A DNA stretch of 64,000 nt from the human T2T-CHM13v2.0 reference genome, Homo sapiens. The stretch lies in NCBI RefSeq assembly GCF_009914755.1, contig NC_060927.1. One strand, 5' to 3'. Under the pieces are notes generated by a model, which searched no databases, was not told the origin of the DNA, and saw nothing but the letters and a program-made list of their open reading frames with translations. The translations under genes were made by a program, and so were the position numbers. How positions within the stretch are numbered: position 1 is the first letter of the stretch; each line of letters starts with the position of its first letter. Shown here in pieces: positions 30,168 to 46,316 of the stretch.

Positions 30168-30606
30168 AGACAGAGATGGCATCTCACTCTGTTGCCCAGG
30201 ATGGAGTACAGTAGCTCAATCATAGCTTATTACAACCTCCAACTCCTGGATCAAGCAATCCTCCCAACTCTGCGTCCCGAGTACCTGGGACTATAGGCAT
30301 GTGCCACTACATCTGGCTAATTTTTAATTTTTTTGTAGAGATAGGGCCTTGCTATGCTACCCAGGCTGGTCTCAAACTCCTGACCTCAAGTGATCCTTCC
30401 ACCTTGGCTACTTAATTTTTTTCATAGCATTTACCATCATATGATACATATTTATTTATTAGCTCACTGTCTCTTTTTATCTTCTCTCACTAGAATTAAT
30501 CTCAATGAGGGCAGCAACATTGTGTCTTTGTTCACGACTGTATCCCCAGCCCCTGAAACAATACTTGGCCCATTGCAGGAACTCACATATTTATTGAAAT
30601 AAATGT
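29000..30606 (+). mobile_element. L2 (LINE-2) 3' portion, interrupted by an antisense AluJ at about 30134-30410
   Basis: Pyrimidine-rich L2 motifs (ttcactgagaagacagaagc, ttctcagtcctcatcttacttgac, accctggtccaagccacca) ending in an L2-type tail catatttattgaaataaatg. Confidence 0.82.
30590..30595 (-). terminator. RARRES1: Intronic poly(A) signal for the short RARRES1 isoform
   Basis: TTTATT on + (AATAAA on -), the first canonical hexamer I see downstream of the read-through stop. Confidence 0.6.
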
Positions 30607-30697
30607 GATTACAACTCTTGATATGAAATTAGAAGTTCGCATGAATTCAGTCTAAGGAGACCACTTTGATTGTAACTCTTGTGGCACAAGTTAATTT

Positions 30698-30712
30698 TCA
30701 GGTTTTTCTTAC
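30698..30712 (-). CDS. RARRES1: RARRES1 short-isoform C-terminus (exon 4 read-through, VRKT-stop, 228 aa total)
   Basis: Reading through the exon 4 donor gives GTA AGA AAA ACC TGA; 224+4=228 aa, matching the short isoform length I recall; AATAAA about 100 nt downstream. Confidence 0.8.
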   Translation of the reverse strand, partial: VRKT

Positions 30713-30849
30713 CCACTGCCTCACACTAGTGAGCTGTGCCAAGTAGTAGTGTGACACCTGTGTTGTCATTTCCCACATCACGTAAGAGCTTCCAAGGAAA
30801 GCCAAATCCCAGATGAGTCTCAGAGAGGGATCAATATGTCCATGATTAT
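30713..30849 (-). CDS. RARRES1: RARRES1 exon 4 (latexin domain)
   Basis: tctcag acceptor and gtaaga donor; 137 nt, DNHGHIDPSLRLIWDLAFLGSSYVMWEMTTQVSHYYLAQLTSVRQW (latexin-type PDNxGHIDP motif across the exon 3/4 junction). Confidence 0.96.
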
Positions 30850-31367
30850 CTGAGAGAGACAAAAAAAGCACATTTGTATTAATGCATTTTTGAGACAAAA
30901 TCTCAGAAGTTGCAGAAATGAAATAGGGTTTAAACTTAGTCATACCAGTCATCTCTCTCACAGCAAGACCTTGAGCCATATATGTGATTTGTTTGTATCT
31001 GTTTCTATGTTAGTATGTAGATTTATATTCTTCAACTTGCCAAACTGAGTAAATCTATTATAAATCAATGGCCATTTGCTGTACTGTATACACGCAAAGT
31101 AAGAGCTATGAAGCCTACGTTGTATCAAGCCTATGTCCACAAAGTATCTTGGACCCATCTTGTCTTCTCCGAACCCACTGCCACCACCCTTCAGGCCTGA
31201 GCTGCTTCTCCCTGAGACCACAGCCACAGTCTGCTACCAAATCTCTCAGATTTCAGTCTCCTTCTTCCAACTGTCGCACACCTAGCAGCTAAAGTGACTT
31301 TTCCATACTCATTACTGAATACTCAAAGATGACATTCAATTTAACTTAGTCTTGTTAGTTAAGAAGC

Positions 31368-31526
31368 TTTTTTTTTTTAAGAGACAGGGTCTTGCTTTAT
31401 TGCCCAGGCTAGAATGCAGTGCCACAATTACTCTTCACAGTAGCCTTGAATTCCTGGGCTCAAGTGATCCTCCTGCCATGGCCTCCCAAAGTGCTGAGAT
31501 TACAGGTGAAGGCCACTGTGCTGGCC
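31368..31526 (-). mobile_element. Alu monomer
   Basis: Reverse Alu arm; aagaagc flanking duplication. Confidence 0.85.
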
Positions 31527-32179
31527 AAGAAGCATTTTTAATTAGGTTCAAAAGTCTGTCACTGATATTCTTCACCTTACCTTCTGGTTTAGGTCTACAG
31601 TCAATGTGATGGTGGTCTTTGCTTCCCAGTCTGCCAGAATATCTTTGTGCTTCTCTAATCATTGGCTTTAAAGCTAATCAATGTGTTGGCAGCATCTCTG
31701 TCACTCTTGTTTAACACGTGAAGAAATCAGGTAGATTTTTTTCTGTGGCATTGTTTTCGGACCTAAAATCTTTTAAATTTGGCAAACATCTTTCTTAAAA
31801 CTTAAACAATATTAGACACTGTGAGAGGTTAGGGATACAATGACTAATAAATTATTGTTTGTGACTTTTAGGAGCTCAAATTTTATGAGGTGACTGTTCA
31901 TGAACCATCATTTTATGCAGTTTTGTAGGGATACTATATTAAGGCCTAATAATAGCACAGTACATGAGGAATACTAACAAACTTATTAGGAAACTAATCC
32001 TTCTGGGTAAAGTAATCCTTAGCATAAATTCTATTCTGTATTGGTAGAACTTGGCTAGTTTATACTCAGAGGTAATTCAAACAGCATTCATTGATTTCTT
32101 GGGATCTGTGAAGGATACCAAGATGGGTCCCCACCCTCCACATGTTGACATGGTGGGGTTATAGTTGATACATTCCTTA

Positions 32180-33600
<1,421 letters not shown>

Positions 33601-34592
33601 CAACACAGCTGTCATGTGGAGTGCAGTAAGATGTTAGAAATAAATAGCAGCATTGAAGACTCAGCACTTGGAGAAATCTTTTAGAAGAAAATACCTGTTG
33701 AGAATAAAGCAAAAGGTATTTGTTGCCCTTCATTGTCATCATATCACCCTTATGTGACATGTATAAGTTTTTTGGTTCCATAATGCTTTCCTGTTAATAT
33801 CGAAGTGCCTTCATATTTGGAACTGAGGATTTCCAGTACTCTTCACTGGCTTTTCTGTGTAATTTCTTTAACCTGGTAATGTCATTTTTTCCTGTCATCA
33901 TATGATAAGTAATCAATAGGGAGCTGTGACTATTTTTACAGATGTTATTGTAGAAAGTATGTTTCGGACTTCTACTTCCTGACAAGAATATCAGCATTTC
34001 ACGAATGAATTTTTTTTTCCTCATTGCTATGAGCAGCTGAACCATAAGAACTTCAGAACATTATGTAATACAAGACTCTGAATTCAATATCTTGGATATA
34101 AACTTTTTTGCTTATTTTGCTTTTAAGAGGTTTCCCATCATTCCTGTCTTCATTGACTGAAAACTTCCTTGATCCAGCTCATCATCACGTGTTCTATCTT
34201 ATGGTGCTGCTGTGAGTTCAGATTTGTGAGATCAAAACCCATCACCCTAGAAGATAAACCAGTTATACTAAATACCATGAATAGTAAGAACATTTGAAAG
34301 GGTAAGTGCTGGCAACAGTGCTATAGAACCACTTGGGCAGACACAACTTTAGCTGGTTATTCCCAGGTCTTCAATCTTTCCCTCTGTATGTAGTGTACTT
34401 GGATTCATTGCTAGGAAGTTTGTAAATTCATTAGAAGTGAAACTTTCACTCATAAAAAACAGACAACTTAAGGGGAAAAAACAATGTGGAGCAAGGATAT
34501 TCCAAAATGGATTAGATCTTCTCACTTACCCATTGTACTACAACAGTCCAATGCCTTGGATCCATTAAATACTGAATAGGAATCTGCTGAGA

Positions 34593-34878
34593 TTTTTTTT
34601 TTTTGAGACGGAGTTTCGCTCTGTTGCCCAGGCTGGAGTGCAGTGGCGCAATCTTGGCTCACTGCAACCTCTGACTCCCTGGTTCAAGCGCGATTCTTTT
34701 GCCTCAGCCTCCCAAGTAGCTGGGACTACAGGCGCATGCCACCATGCCTGGCTATTTTTCAGTAGAGATGGGGTTTCACCGTGTTAGCCAGGATGGTCTC
34801 GATCTCCTGACCTCGTGATCCGCCCGCCTCGGCCTCCCAAAGTGCTGGGATTGCAGGCATGAGCCACCGCGCCTGGCC
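34593..34878 (-). mobile_element. AluS/Y
   Basis: Reverse Alu; ctgagatttt duplication. Confidence 0.93.
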
Positions 34879-36128
34879 CCCCTGAGATTTTAACTGGGTA
34901 AAATTTACCTTATCTAAAACCAAACCTTTTTGGTTTTAAGTAGATAATTTTACATACACAGACAAGCTATAGATAGCACCATTAAATGTCTCTGCTGAAT
35001 TTACTATGACAGCAAAACTTACAAGTTTTTCGATGAAAAGTTGCCCTCTATTAAAGAAGTTTTTTGAAGTTTCACAGTAGCTACATTAAGTTAGATTATT
35101 ATAGAATGGTCCCTATGGATATACAGGACTTATTAACTAAACATACAGTTAGCCTGCACTATTAAAGAGTGTCTAAAGTCTCGTGACCCTGTGGCAAATA
35201 TTCAAAGAAAAGATCCAATACAATTTCTAAAATTTGTGTTTTAAGGAGTACAGATAAGCCCTATTTTCCCAACTAAAGGAAAACAATTCCTAAATAAGTG
35301 TAGATTTATAAGTATCAGTCATCAGGTCATTTATTTCAAGCAATACTCAATATAAACAAATTCTGCTACAACATGAGATTTTAATTGCTCCCCTTGATTG
35401 CTTGGCACAGGATTTGATCTGAGTTGTCAGAGAACTATCATGTGAGAATCATTCAGGGTTCAGAATTTTAGAAATGGAAGAAGCAGTATTCCACTTCGAG
35501 GTTTTTAAGGACATTTAGTCTCAGTAAATCGATGGGGAGCAGAGACATTCAGGAATGGAGACTACAGAGCCTCCAGTGTTGACATGGGTTTGCCACAGAA
35601 TCTGGGCAAATGAGTGAACTGTGGGAGAGGGTGGGACCATGAATGCTGTAGCGGTCAGACATCAAGCTTAATACCCAAGAGATGACTTTCGTGGTTTTGA
35701 AAATTGGATTTGCCAGTAAATTTGCTGAGTCTCAACTGCTCTCCACACATTCTGGTGAGTGCAGGAACGCATGAGCTCTGCTTCCCTTCAGCTGAGTCAC
35801 TTCAGAGGGCAGGGCTCCTTTGTTGGAGACAGCACCACTGCCCATTAACCACTGACTTGAAATGAGATAAACATGACTCCCCTGCAGCATCCCAGAGAGG
35901 GCTCATCTGGCCTTGGAGTGTAAGGCTGTGATGAGCAGAGTAGTGGCTCTGGAGGCTGTCGCCTAAAGTTTCCAAAGCCACTGCCAAAAATAGAGATGTC
36001 ACCTCAGCTCCTGGACTCAACCCTGAAAACAGCACCCCTATATGCATATCCTATTTCAAAATCCTGTACCTCTTACCTGGGGGTTCAGTTCTTACTGTGC
36101 CCCTCATTCTGGGATGGAAAATGAGGAG

Positions 36129-36428
36129 TTTTTTTTTTTTTTTTTGGAGATGGAGTTTCATTCTTGTTGTCCAGGCTGGAGTGCAGTGGCACAGTCTCAG
36201 CTCACTGCAACCTCCGCCTCCCAGGTTCATGCCATTCTCCTTCCCCAGCCTCCTGAGTAGCTGGGACTACAGGCGCCCACCACCACGCCTGGCTAATTTT
36301 TTCTATTTTTTAGTAGAGACGGGGTTTCACCGTGTTAGCCAGGATGGTCTTGATCTCCTGACCTCGTGATCTGCCCACCTCGGCCTCCCAAAGTGCTGGG
36401 ATTACAGGCATGAGCCACCGCGCCCAGC
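36129..36428 (-). mobile_element. AluY-like
   Basis: Reverse Alu with the gccattctcc diagnostic; tggaaaatgag duplication. Confidence 0.93.
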
Positions 36429-36659
36429 TGGAAAATGAGATGAAAGGGATACATGCTGTTGGTGGAGTTACTGTGTTGGATTAGAGATGAAGAACAGAAA
36501 GATGATACCTCTGAGTTTTGTTTAAATTATGAGGGATACCACAATATTTAGTTGAATGAAAGTGCCACTTTAGGGATAAAAACTTAAATGATCTTTCTTT
36601 TAAGGATTTAGTTATTACATACATTCCTGAATATAGAAATTCCAAATGCTGATTCATAC

Positions 36660-36855
36660 CAGGTATGCTGACTATTTCCAAGGGGTTTTTCAGTTGCTTC
36701 ATTTGCTTGTAAAGCAGGTAATCCTCTTGTTGTCTTTTCTTTTTCTCGATGAGCCGTGTACAAGTTACATTGATGGTTGGTCTGGGTTTCTGATTCTTGA
36801 AAAACACTCGAGCAGAACATTTCCCCAAACGTCCCTCACCTTCCTGAAGTAAAGA
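36660..36855 (-). CDS. RARRES1: RARRES1 exon 3
   Basis: ccacag acceptor and gtatga donor; 196 nt, SLLQEGEGRLGKCSARVFFKNQKPRPTINVTCTRLIEKKKRQQEDYLLYKQMKQLKNPLEIVSIP. Confidence 0.96.
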
Positions 36856-37522
36856 CTGTGGAGTTAAACAGGATACTTTATCACCTCCCACTCACCCCAG
36901 TGCACACAAGCACACACAAGATTGAGAAGAGTTCATTGTACAAGGCAGGCAGGCTCTGGCATCAATAGATGTAGTGGGTTTTGGTTTATTGTGGGTTGTG
37001 CTCACAGCTGAATACAACAGTCCTTCTCTCTTTGCTATCATTTAAACTCTTGTCTTCTGATTGTGACTTTATAAAATGACATTGGGCATATTTCCAAAGA
37101 AATATCATTGACATCCATTGAGCACTGCTTGGCTCAAACCTTTAGAGTAGTGGCCACTTTACTCTTGAATGTGGACCAACATAATACTTAGGTGGACCTC
37201 AAAGTTACTAACTTGAACTAAAAGATGGAGCTGGCTCCTATTTACAAAAATAACAACAGCATCTTCATGCTGCCTTATGAATTAGGTCCTCTGATTCCAG
37301 TTTGAAAGATTAAGATACTGAGGTTTAAGGAGGTACCTACTCCATGTCGCACAGCTAATAAGCCAGGGCTTGACCTCACTTCTAACACCGAAGCCCAGGC
37401 TCTCTGTACTAACTTCATCTCTCTATGCCAAGATCTAATCCAGAAGAAATGGGGGCACTGATCCACTGATCATCCACATGGGATTCATTCAACTACCTGA
37501 GTGATGTTTATTTGCATTCATC

Positions 37523-37814
37523 TTTTTTTTTTTTTTTTTTTTTGAGATGGAGTCCTGCCTGGGTGGGAGTGCAATGGCACGATCTCGGCTTACTGCAACC
37601 TCTGCCTCCTGGGTTCACGCGATTCTCCTGCCTCAGCCTCTGAGTAGCTGGGATTACAGGTGCCCACCACCATGCCTGGCTAATTGTGTGTATTTTTAGT
37701 AGAGATGGGGTTTCACTATGTTGGCCAGACTGGTCTCGACCTCCTGACCTCGTGATCTGCCTGCCTTGGCTTCCCAAAGTGCTGGGATTACAGGCATGAG
37801 CCACCACCCCCAGC
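37523..37814 (-). mobile_element. AluS
   Basis: Reverse Alu; gcattcat duplication. Confidence 0.92.
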
Positions 37815-38226
37815 ATTCATGTTTAAATGTAGATGTTTTGGATATTCTGGGATCTCCCTCACTTATTTTATAATCCAGAAACATCTGGAGCTTCAACTAG
37901 ACATCAGATGTATGACTCATTTCTAGCATAGTGGTTCTTCCCCCTTTTAAGGAATTCCCCAGATTCCTTAACCAAATAAGAGAAGCCAGGGAACTTATTC
38001 CCTGAAAAATGCACAGATCAGCACTGGGCCTAGAATTTGAGGAAGTTCATGGGCCACTAGTCTTGGCCCTGCCCAAATCCAACTCTCGTTGGCTGGTTGC
38101 ATAGTTGAGGTGATAATCTTCTTTTTACTTTTGTGGTTGTTTAAACTGGGTGAAGTCCCAGTGAAAACAACTACCAAAAATGAAAAAAGTCCATGAGGAA
38201 ACAAATTGTAATCAAAATTCTCTCTG

Positions 38227-38344
38227 CGCTTGAGCCCAGGAAGTCAAGGTTGCAGTGAGCCATGATCATCGCACTTCCCTCCAGCCAGGAGAGCAAGACC
38301 CTGCCTCAAAAAGAATAAATAAATAAAAATTAAAAATAAAAAAA
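38227..38344 (+). mobile_element. Alu right-arm fragment
   Basis: cgcttgagcccaggaagtcaaggttgcagtgagcc with A-rich tail. Confidence 0.85.
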
Positions 38345-39718
38345 TTGGATCTGCTTAATAAGCCTATTTCTAAAACTACCTCAAAAAACTGAGAAACACT
38401 TTCCAGTAGGCAATTTTTCCTCCTGTGAGTGCTGGTTTTGAGTGAGAGGGAATTTCAGTACTGCTTTAAGATGTTAATTATTGGTGCAACATAGAAAAAA
38501 GGTGAAGGAAGCATTCAGGAAGAGGCTTATGAAAGGGCAGAAGGAACCTAGTACATGGCCTCCTCTGTTGTCAAAGTCATTTCCAGAGAAGAGAAAAAGA
38601 ACCAGGTACTGCCCCCTTTCATTTTCCTTTTCATTTCCCCCTCAAAACATCTCCATGGAATCAAAGCCGTTGCCTGAGGATAAAAGAACTGCTCTTCACC
38701 CCCTGAAATGGAAGGTTTCAATTAGCTCACTCTGTTCTTAATGCATCTACAGGATCAAATCCAGGGAAGCATATTGTTGGTGAAAATAATCTAGTAATTG
38801 TATTCCCTCTAGCTTAACACTTTCAGTTTGCAACACTAACAATCAAAGGCATCTTTCGTACACTTTAAGGAAATTTTAATTCATAGGTTAATAAGCAAAG
38901 AGCATACTGCTGTCATGTTGGATACTTGTTGGAACTTGAGTACTGGTGAGCATTCTTCCAGAAGCATGGGGTTGGGGGAGTCATGCCTTCAACTCCCGAA
39001 ACTCTGCCACCCTGGAACACTTTAATCCTGGATGCTGCCTGCTCCAGGCTGCTTCTCAGCACAAGACAAAGAGCATTTGAGCTGGTCTCCTCTCCGCCCA
39101 TGCTCTGATTGCCGCCTTTCAGCTTGGCCTAGCACAAGGAAGTTCATCTGGCTCTAATTTCTATACGAGTTTTCTCTTTACTCTCTTCTTGAAAACAGGG
39201 AACAGGAAACTTGGCAAAACATGGTCCGCTTGGTCAAAGCTGTAGTGAGGCTGATAACGGCTGGAGCACGTGCTCGTGTTTTACAGAGTGCCTCTGTGTA
39301 CGTTAGCTCATGGGGTTGGTCTCACGCTGTGCTGGCCTGCTAACCAGAAATGTCACCCTCTGACAGGAAGAGAGTAAGTTGGCATTTGAAAGTGAGTCAT
39401 TCTGAGGACTCTGAGGAGCTAGGAGGGATACCAGAGGGAGCTGTGAAATTCTCTCCCAGGGGTCCCAAGGAAGAGGGAGGTGATCGCTTATATGGATTGT
39501 TTTAAATGCAACCCTGCGTTAAGACCATGAAGTTGAAGTAGTTAAATATTGAGCTCTTGCCTAGTTCTGTTCTTTAGTTCTTGATAACAAATAGGAAACA
39601 GATCAGGAAAAAACAAAAGCAAACCTCCAGATCACTATATATTAAGATTCTCACTTTTTTACAAAGCCATATTTATAGCAGTTGCTAATAGGATACTTTG
39701 CCAATTGTGGCAGCTTAC

Positions 39719-39781
39719 CTCTGGGTTGTAGCGCTCTGTGCTGAAGACCACGTGAACTTTACATCCCTCTTTTGGATTAAT
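39719..39781 (-). CDS. RARRES1: RARRES1 exon 2
   Basis: ttccag acceptor and gtaagc donor on the - strand; 63 nt, INPKEGCKVHVVFSTERYNPE. Too short to appear in the ORF track. Confidence 0.95.
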
Positions 39782-42478
39782 CTGGAACACAGAAACTGAA
39801 TCTTAGTATAGTAGAAGCTCCCTTAAACATCCTCATATCCAGGAATCACACTCTTAGGATAACATGGCATGCAAATGGTGGCTGTAGCATTTATACCTGA
39901 ATAAAATTGGTGATGGCTTAGAAGAAAGATCTCAAATTTTGTTCTGATTGTGCCATTCTGCTTGCTAGTTTGACACCTACTCACAAAGAGGGAGACTGAG
40001 AAAGGGAAATGGTTGCGTTCTGACTGGAGTGACTTTGTGAGAGCAGCTAAAGGAGAAAAGAACAGGAGTGTGCAGGGAGCTGGAGGGAATTCCTTCATCC
40101 CCAACTCCTCAGTGCCTGCTCCACGCCCTGTCCTGGGGCCACATCAGCGAGCAGGACTGACGAGGACTTGCCCTCCTGCCACCCATAGCCCAATGGGGGA
40201 TGCTGGCAACAAACGCACAACAAGTAATAATTATGCTTTCAGGGGCTGATGAATGAAGAAAGACAGTGGTGGTGTAGGAAGGTGCTTGCTTGGCACGAGG
40301 CGATCTCAAAGATGAGACCAGCAGGACAGGAAGGAAGCAGCCATCCCAGATCTAGGTGGGGGACACCCGGTACAGGCAGAGGGGACCCACAAGCACAGGC
40401 GTGAGGTGGAACTTCAGTCTGCAACAGGATGAATCACCAACACTGAAGAAGTCTTCCAATGCTATGCTCTTTCTTTCGTTTGCAGTTTTTATAGGCAAGC
40501 ATACTTTTAAACTTCAGAAATGTTAATGTTTAGCCTTTAAAACTGTTGAATTGATTTCAATGCATATTTTAGAATATACATATCTATGTCATTGCAATTT
40601 AAACTGTTTAGAAGAAGTTCTTATTGTTTGCCATCTTTTTTTTAAGAGAGCAAAATGATAAATCAGTAAAAGAAATATTTCCTAGAGAGGAAAGGGAACT
40701 TGCTGTTGTATAGAGCTGAAGTTATTTCACATAGCATTGATTAAGGTTGGACTCTGGAAACACCAGTTTCCTTTGCATCTTAGCGTAGCAATTCAATAAA
40801 CAAACAGCATTATTTTATTTTAAATAGACCAGATAGCATCCATTCCTATTATAGATTCTTAAAAAATGCTGGGAAACTGGAGAAGGGAAGGAAAGGATTC
40901 CTTGGTGGTTATTTATGTAGGGAATATTTAAGCTTGTACATGTACAGATGTTGCTGGGGAAGGAGAGAGAATTCCCGAGAGCACTGCACACAGAGCAGTT
41001 TGCTGAGGGCTCATCGTCAGTCTTCAAACGAGTTCTGTTGTAAGCTGAGGCACTAATTTTGGTTTACACAACGCACACACACAAGTCTGTCTATTCACTC
41101 ATTCGCTGTTAATCACCTACTATGCCAGGCCTTGGGGAGATATAAAGAAATATGATGTCCAGCCCGGCCTTTCCAGAAACCTGCTTCTATCTTGGAAACA
41201 GTTTTGTAGTGTAGCTGATCAGTGTGGCAGATCGCAGCCTGCGGGAGGCTTTCTAGAGTGGGTGAGGCCTAAACTAACTCTTTGAGGAGCCAGTGTTAGA
41301 CAAAGGTGTGGGAGTGGGATGTAGGGGTTGGAATTCCAGGGGACAGTGAAGCTGGAGAAAAGGTGTCTGGGGAGGTGGGTGCAAGGGCATGGAAAGCCTC
41401 ACTTTTTTGAGATGACTTGGAACTTGATCCCAAAGTCTGGAAGAGTAACATTAAACATATCCACAATACACAGGGCGTTGTGAACAGTAGGATAAGGCAT
41501 AAACAGGGTTTAGGACAGTGCCTGGGTCAGCATAAAATTCAATGTCTGTTTACTATTTTTATTATTACTAAAATCTATAGGCATGAGAAAGCAGAAGAAC
41601 TGGGCTAAACACAAGAGACTGACCCAAGTTCAAGGATAGGGGATGTTATATAACATGGTCTCCCATCAGGGTTACTCCTGAAACACCCAATGAGTAGTGG
41701 AAGGATATAAATGAGACATGCCTGACAGTGGCTGGACAAGGCTCCCATGACCTCTTATCTCAAAGATTCCTGAAGTTCAGCATCCTTAGTACCTGCCAAT
41801 GTGGGAGGAACACAGGGCTGTGGCTTGCTGCCTCTCACACTCCCAGCCACATGGGCACCCGCAAACAACTAACACTCAGAAGGCGACACTTCAGCTTGCC
41901 AGTGGGTTCTAAGCCTTGAATGGGTCGCTGCACCCCGCACCTGCTATGTGCACCGCAGCACCTGGGAGTCTGCCTGTCCTGTTGAGTAGGGGCTTCCTGG
42001 GTACAGCCTCCTGCAGAGGAGTCAGCGACACCCTCAGGTTTCTAGCTGTGAGGTGGGCAGGGGTGGGTGCGGAGGCCATTCATGAGATGAGGAAGAAGCT
42101 GAGTTGGGAGGGTTCATTCTCTGGCACATGGGGAAATTTGAGATGTCTCGGAAAATGCTGAGGGTTATAGAAGTAGGATCAGCAGAGGTAGTGGTGAAAG
42201 CCATAGAATTTGATGTAGTCCCCCAGGGAAGATGTGTAGAATAAGAATCCTGAGGAACATCAGCCTTCACGCCAGTGATACATTCGGGCATGGTTATATG
42301 CTATGCAAAAAGATTCACTAAAGTCTTCCTTATTCTTGATATAATTGTGCATATTTTAAATACAGGACTTAAGATATGATTTGACGCAACAGTGCTCTGG
42401 AAACACATGGAGGCAAAGTGAGAAGGGCTCTGAGCTGGTGTGGAGTCTGTCCTTTTAAAGAGTTATTTTCTTTGCTGA

Positions 42479-42804
<326 letters not shown>

Positions 42805-43849
42805 TAACAAGCACTCTTAAAAGTGTCCACATTTCATCCAAAATAAAATGTTTATATTTTTGGTTGTACTTTATCATGTATCAAGACACAGTGCTTTTAT
42901 CTCTCACAAAGGCCTCTCCCTTCTCCCTTCCTCTGAGTCACAAGAGCCCCGTGCTGTTTTGCTCTGGTGAGATGAGCCGCACAGCCACAGGCCTGTGTGT
43001 GGAGTGGGCGGGAGCCAGGCCACCTTCCTCTGGATGCAGTGTCTGCACTTGCTCTCCAGTGGTTTTAGGACTGTGTTGAACTTTGGCTGTCCTTGATTTA
43101 AAATGTTCTGTGATAAAGGGGTCGTTGATGTTCAACAACATCACTCCATGATTTCAGCTCCTACCTTATTCCAAGTACTGTGCTGGGTGCAGGAAAGACA
43201 GAGCAAAACAGCAGCAGCCACTCTCCGGGCAGTCTAGCGGGAGAGGGCCTTAAATAGAGCATTGTAGGATTGATTATTTGATTGTGGCTGACTTAAGAGC
43301 TATGAGAGGATGGCTAGAGAATTGGTCTAGTCTAGGGATCAGGGAAGCGACATTTGAGCTGAACTCTGAAGATGAAGAAGGAATTGGTCTTGGTGTGGGG
43401 AGGAGAGCTGGCAAGGGCCTGAGGAGCAGCCATGGGGCCCCAGGGCAGAAAGACTGGAGCTGGAGCTGGGACCCGGTAAGAGGCTGACTGGGTGGCAAGG
43501 GCCACACCTGCAGGCTACAAAGAGGATTTTGTCCTGAGAGAAATGGAAAGCCAGGGACCAGAAGGAGGGATTTTGAAAAGATCCCTCTAGCTGGAGTGTG
43601 GAGAATGATGCTGGAGTGAGGAGTTGTGCAGAGTTAATGTAGACAGAGCAGGAGGCTGGCTGAGGGGGCGGGGAGAGGGAGCAGGGCTTGGAGCCAAGGT
43701 GAGGACAGTGGAAATGGAGAGAAGCATATGGTGGACCAAGTATGCCAGGTTGCCCCCCAGCCAGGCTGCGGCAGGCCACCCTCCCACCAGCCATGTGAGA
43801 GCAGTCATAAACCACCAAACCCCAAGTCCTATCAGAAAGTAAAAAATAA

Positions 43850-44199
<350 letters not shown>

Positions 44200-44349
44200 T
44201 TAAAACAACATTTTTAACATTGTGTCATTTAAAAGATGCTTGTGTGTACAGAATAATGCAAGTAGCCCAATAATTGGGCCAATTGCCTGGTACTGTTCTA
44301 AGCACCCTACATGTATTAAGTATGCTAACAAAGCTCTGAAGGCCTACTC

Positions 44350-44650
44350 AAACTCATTAGTAATTACAGAAATACAAAAATGCAAATTAAATAAGCAATG
44401 AGTTAATACAGTACCACTAGTAGACTGGCAATCAAGAAAGTGGACAGGGCCCATTGCTGGGTGGGGTTTGGGGCTTTACGACTGCAGTCTGGCATATGCA
44501 ATCTGGCGTATGTGGTCAAATCAAGCTTATGTGTGAATGCCCTATGACCTAGAAATACCACTCTGGGCATGCATCCCAGAGAAATAGTGATGGAGGTCTG
44601 TGAAGAAACTGACTCATATAAGGATGTTCCCTGAGGCACCCTGTGGGGAG
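44350..44650 (+). mobile_element. Ancient L1M fragment (ORF2 end)
   Basis: aaatgcaaattaaa...ccctatgacctagaaataccactctgggcat motifs. Confidence 0.65.
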
Positions 44651-45157
44651 GTGGGGCTTTGGAGGCACTCACCTTATAAAGACCTCTGGTCTTGCCCAGG
44701 GATGCTCCCTCTGGGACTTACACAGCAGGTTGCTACAGCCACATGGTGTAAAGCTAATCCATTAAATTCAAAGCCGTGAAAAAAGTAAGTAGACTTTTTT
44801 GAAACAGCCAAATCTGACACGAGGAAAGGTGACCAACAATTCTAGCTTTCCTGAGGAAAGAAGGATTCCTGTAATATAGATTACAGTGATTTCATTCCTT
44901 TCCCCAACACACTGCCAGAACTGCCCATCTGTGAAACAGATCAGGAAACTTGACATCCCTTTCTTTAAACACAGTCAAAGGCAGAGCACATTGTTCCAAT
45001 ATTTTTCCGAAAAGGGCTATTTAATAAGAAAAAGCAAGCAAATGACCATATGACTGTATAACCTGAAGGAATAAATTAGTAGCTCTTCACTGTAGATTTT
45101 TAAAAAATTATGTATAAAAGACTTGTGTACTACAGCCTGGAACTAAATTCTTCATAA

Positions 45158-45521
<364 letters not shown>

Positions 45522-46154
45522 TGATTTTTGGCCCCACTGGACAGTGAAAAGAGGCAGTCCCATCCCCTTCCCCATATACCTTCCACCTCCCCTTCCTCAT
45601 ATGCCATACCATCATGTACTCTTTAGTGACTGATCAGCACTTTGATTTTGGTTTGATTTGCAATCAGTTTGGAGGGAAACAGGCCACTTTCAAAGACCTG
45701 TTCGAGAGAATGTACAATGGAATGCTTTCAAAGACCTGAACTCATCACACTAGATTTTATTTATTTATGTTTTGGTAAATGATCCTCAAATCCTTAGCAA
45801 ATCAATATTAAGCATTCATTCAGTGCTTACATATGAAGCATCATTGGAGGGAATCATGATAAAAGTGATTACGTGTTGTACTCTTACTGTGTGCCTCACC
45901 CGACCCAACATAGTACCCATGTACTAACCTATTATATCACTAAAGCCCTTTAGTAGGTATGATTGTTATCACCATTTTAAGGATGAAGAAATGGAGGCAC
46001 TTGACCAAACTTAAGGAATTGGCCAAAGTCACAACACAGGAAGCAGGAAAACTGGCCTGCAGAGCCCCGTTTTTCCCAAATACCGCACAGGACTGCACAG
46101 AAAAATAGAGCCCAGCAACCTCTCTAAGAAAAGGAAGAATAAAAGCTGGCTGCT

Positions 46155-46155
<1 letters not shown>

Positions 46156-46220
<65 letters not shown>
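46156..46220. repeat. (TG)n(GA)n compound microsatellite
   Basis: About 20 TG units followed by about 12 GA units. Confidence 0.95.
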
Positions 46221-46316
46221 CGCTGGGATGCTCTTGGACTGCTTGTAACCAAGGTCCCTGTGGACAAGAACCACTGCAAACCTTCCTCTGGAAGGGAGAC
46301 TGCCAGGCATGATGTA

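Noticed and set aside
33794-34045. 83-aa non-Alu ORF on the - strand
   Set aside because: No recognisable homology or splice context; length is compatible with chance.
36481-36659. ORF continuing past RARRES1 exon 3 into the intron
   Set aside because: A valid donor at 36659 gives the correct phase with exon 4, and the extension has no recognisable similarity.
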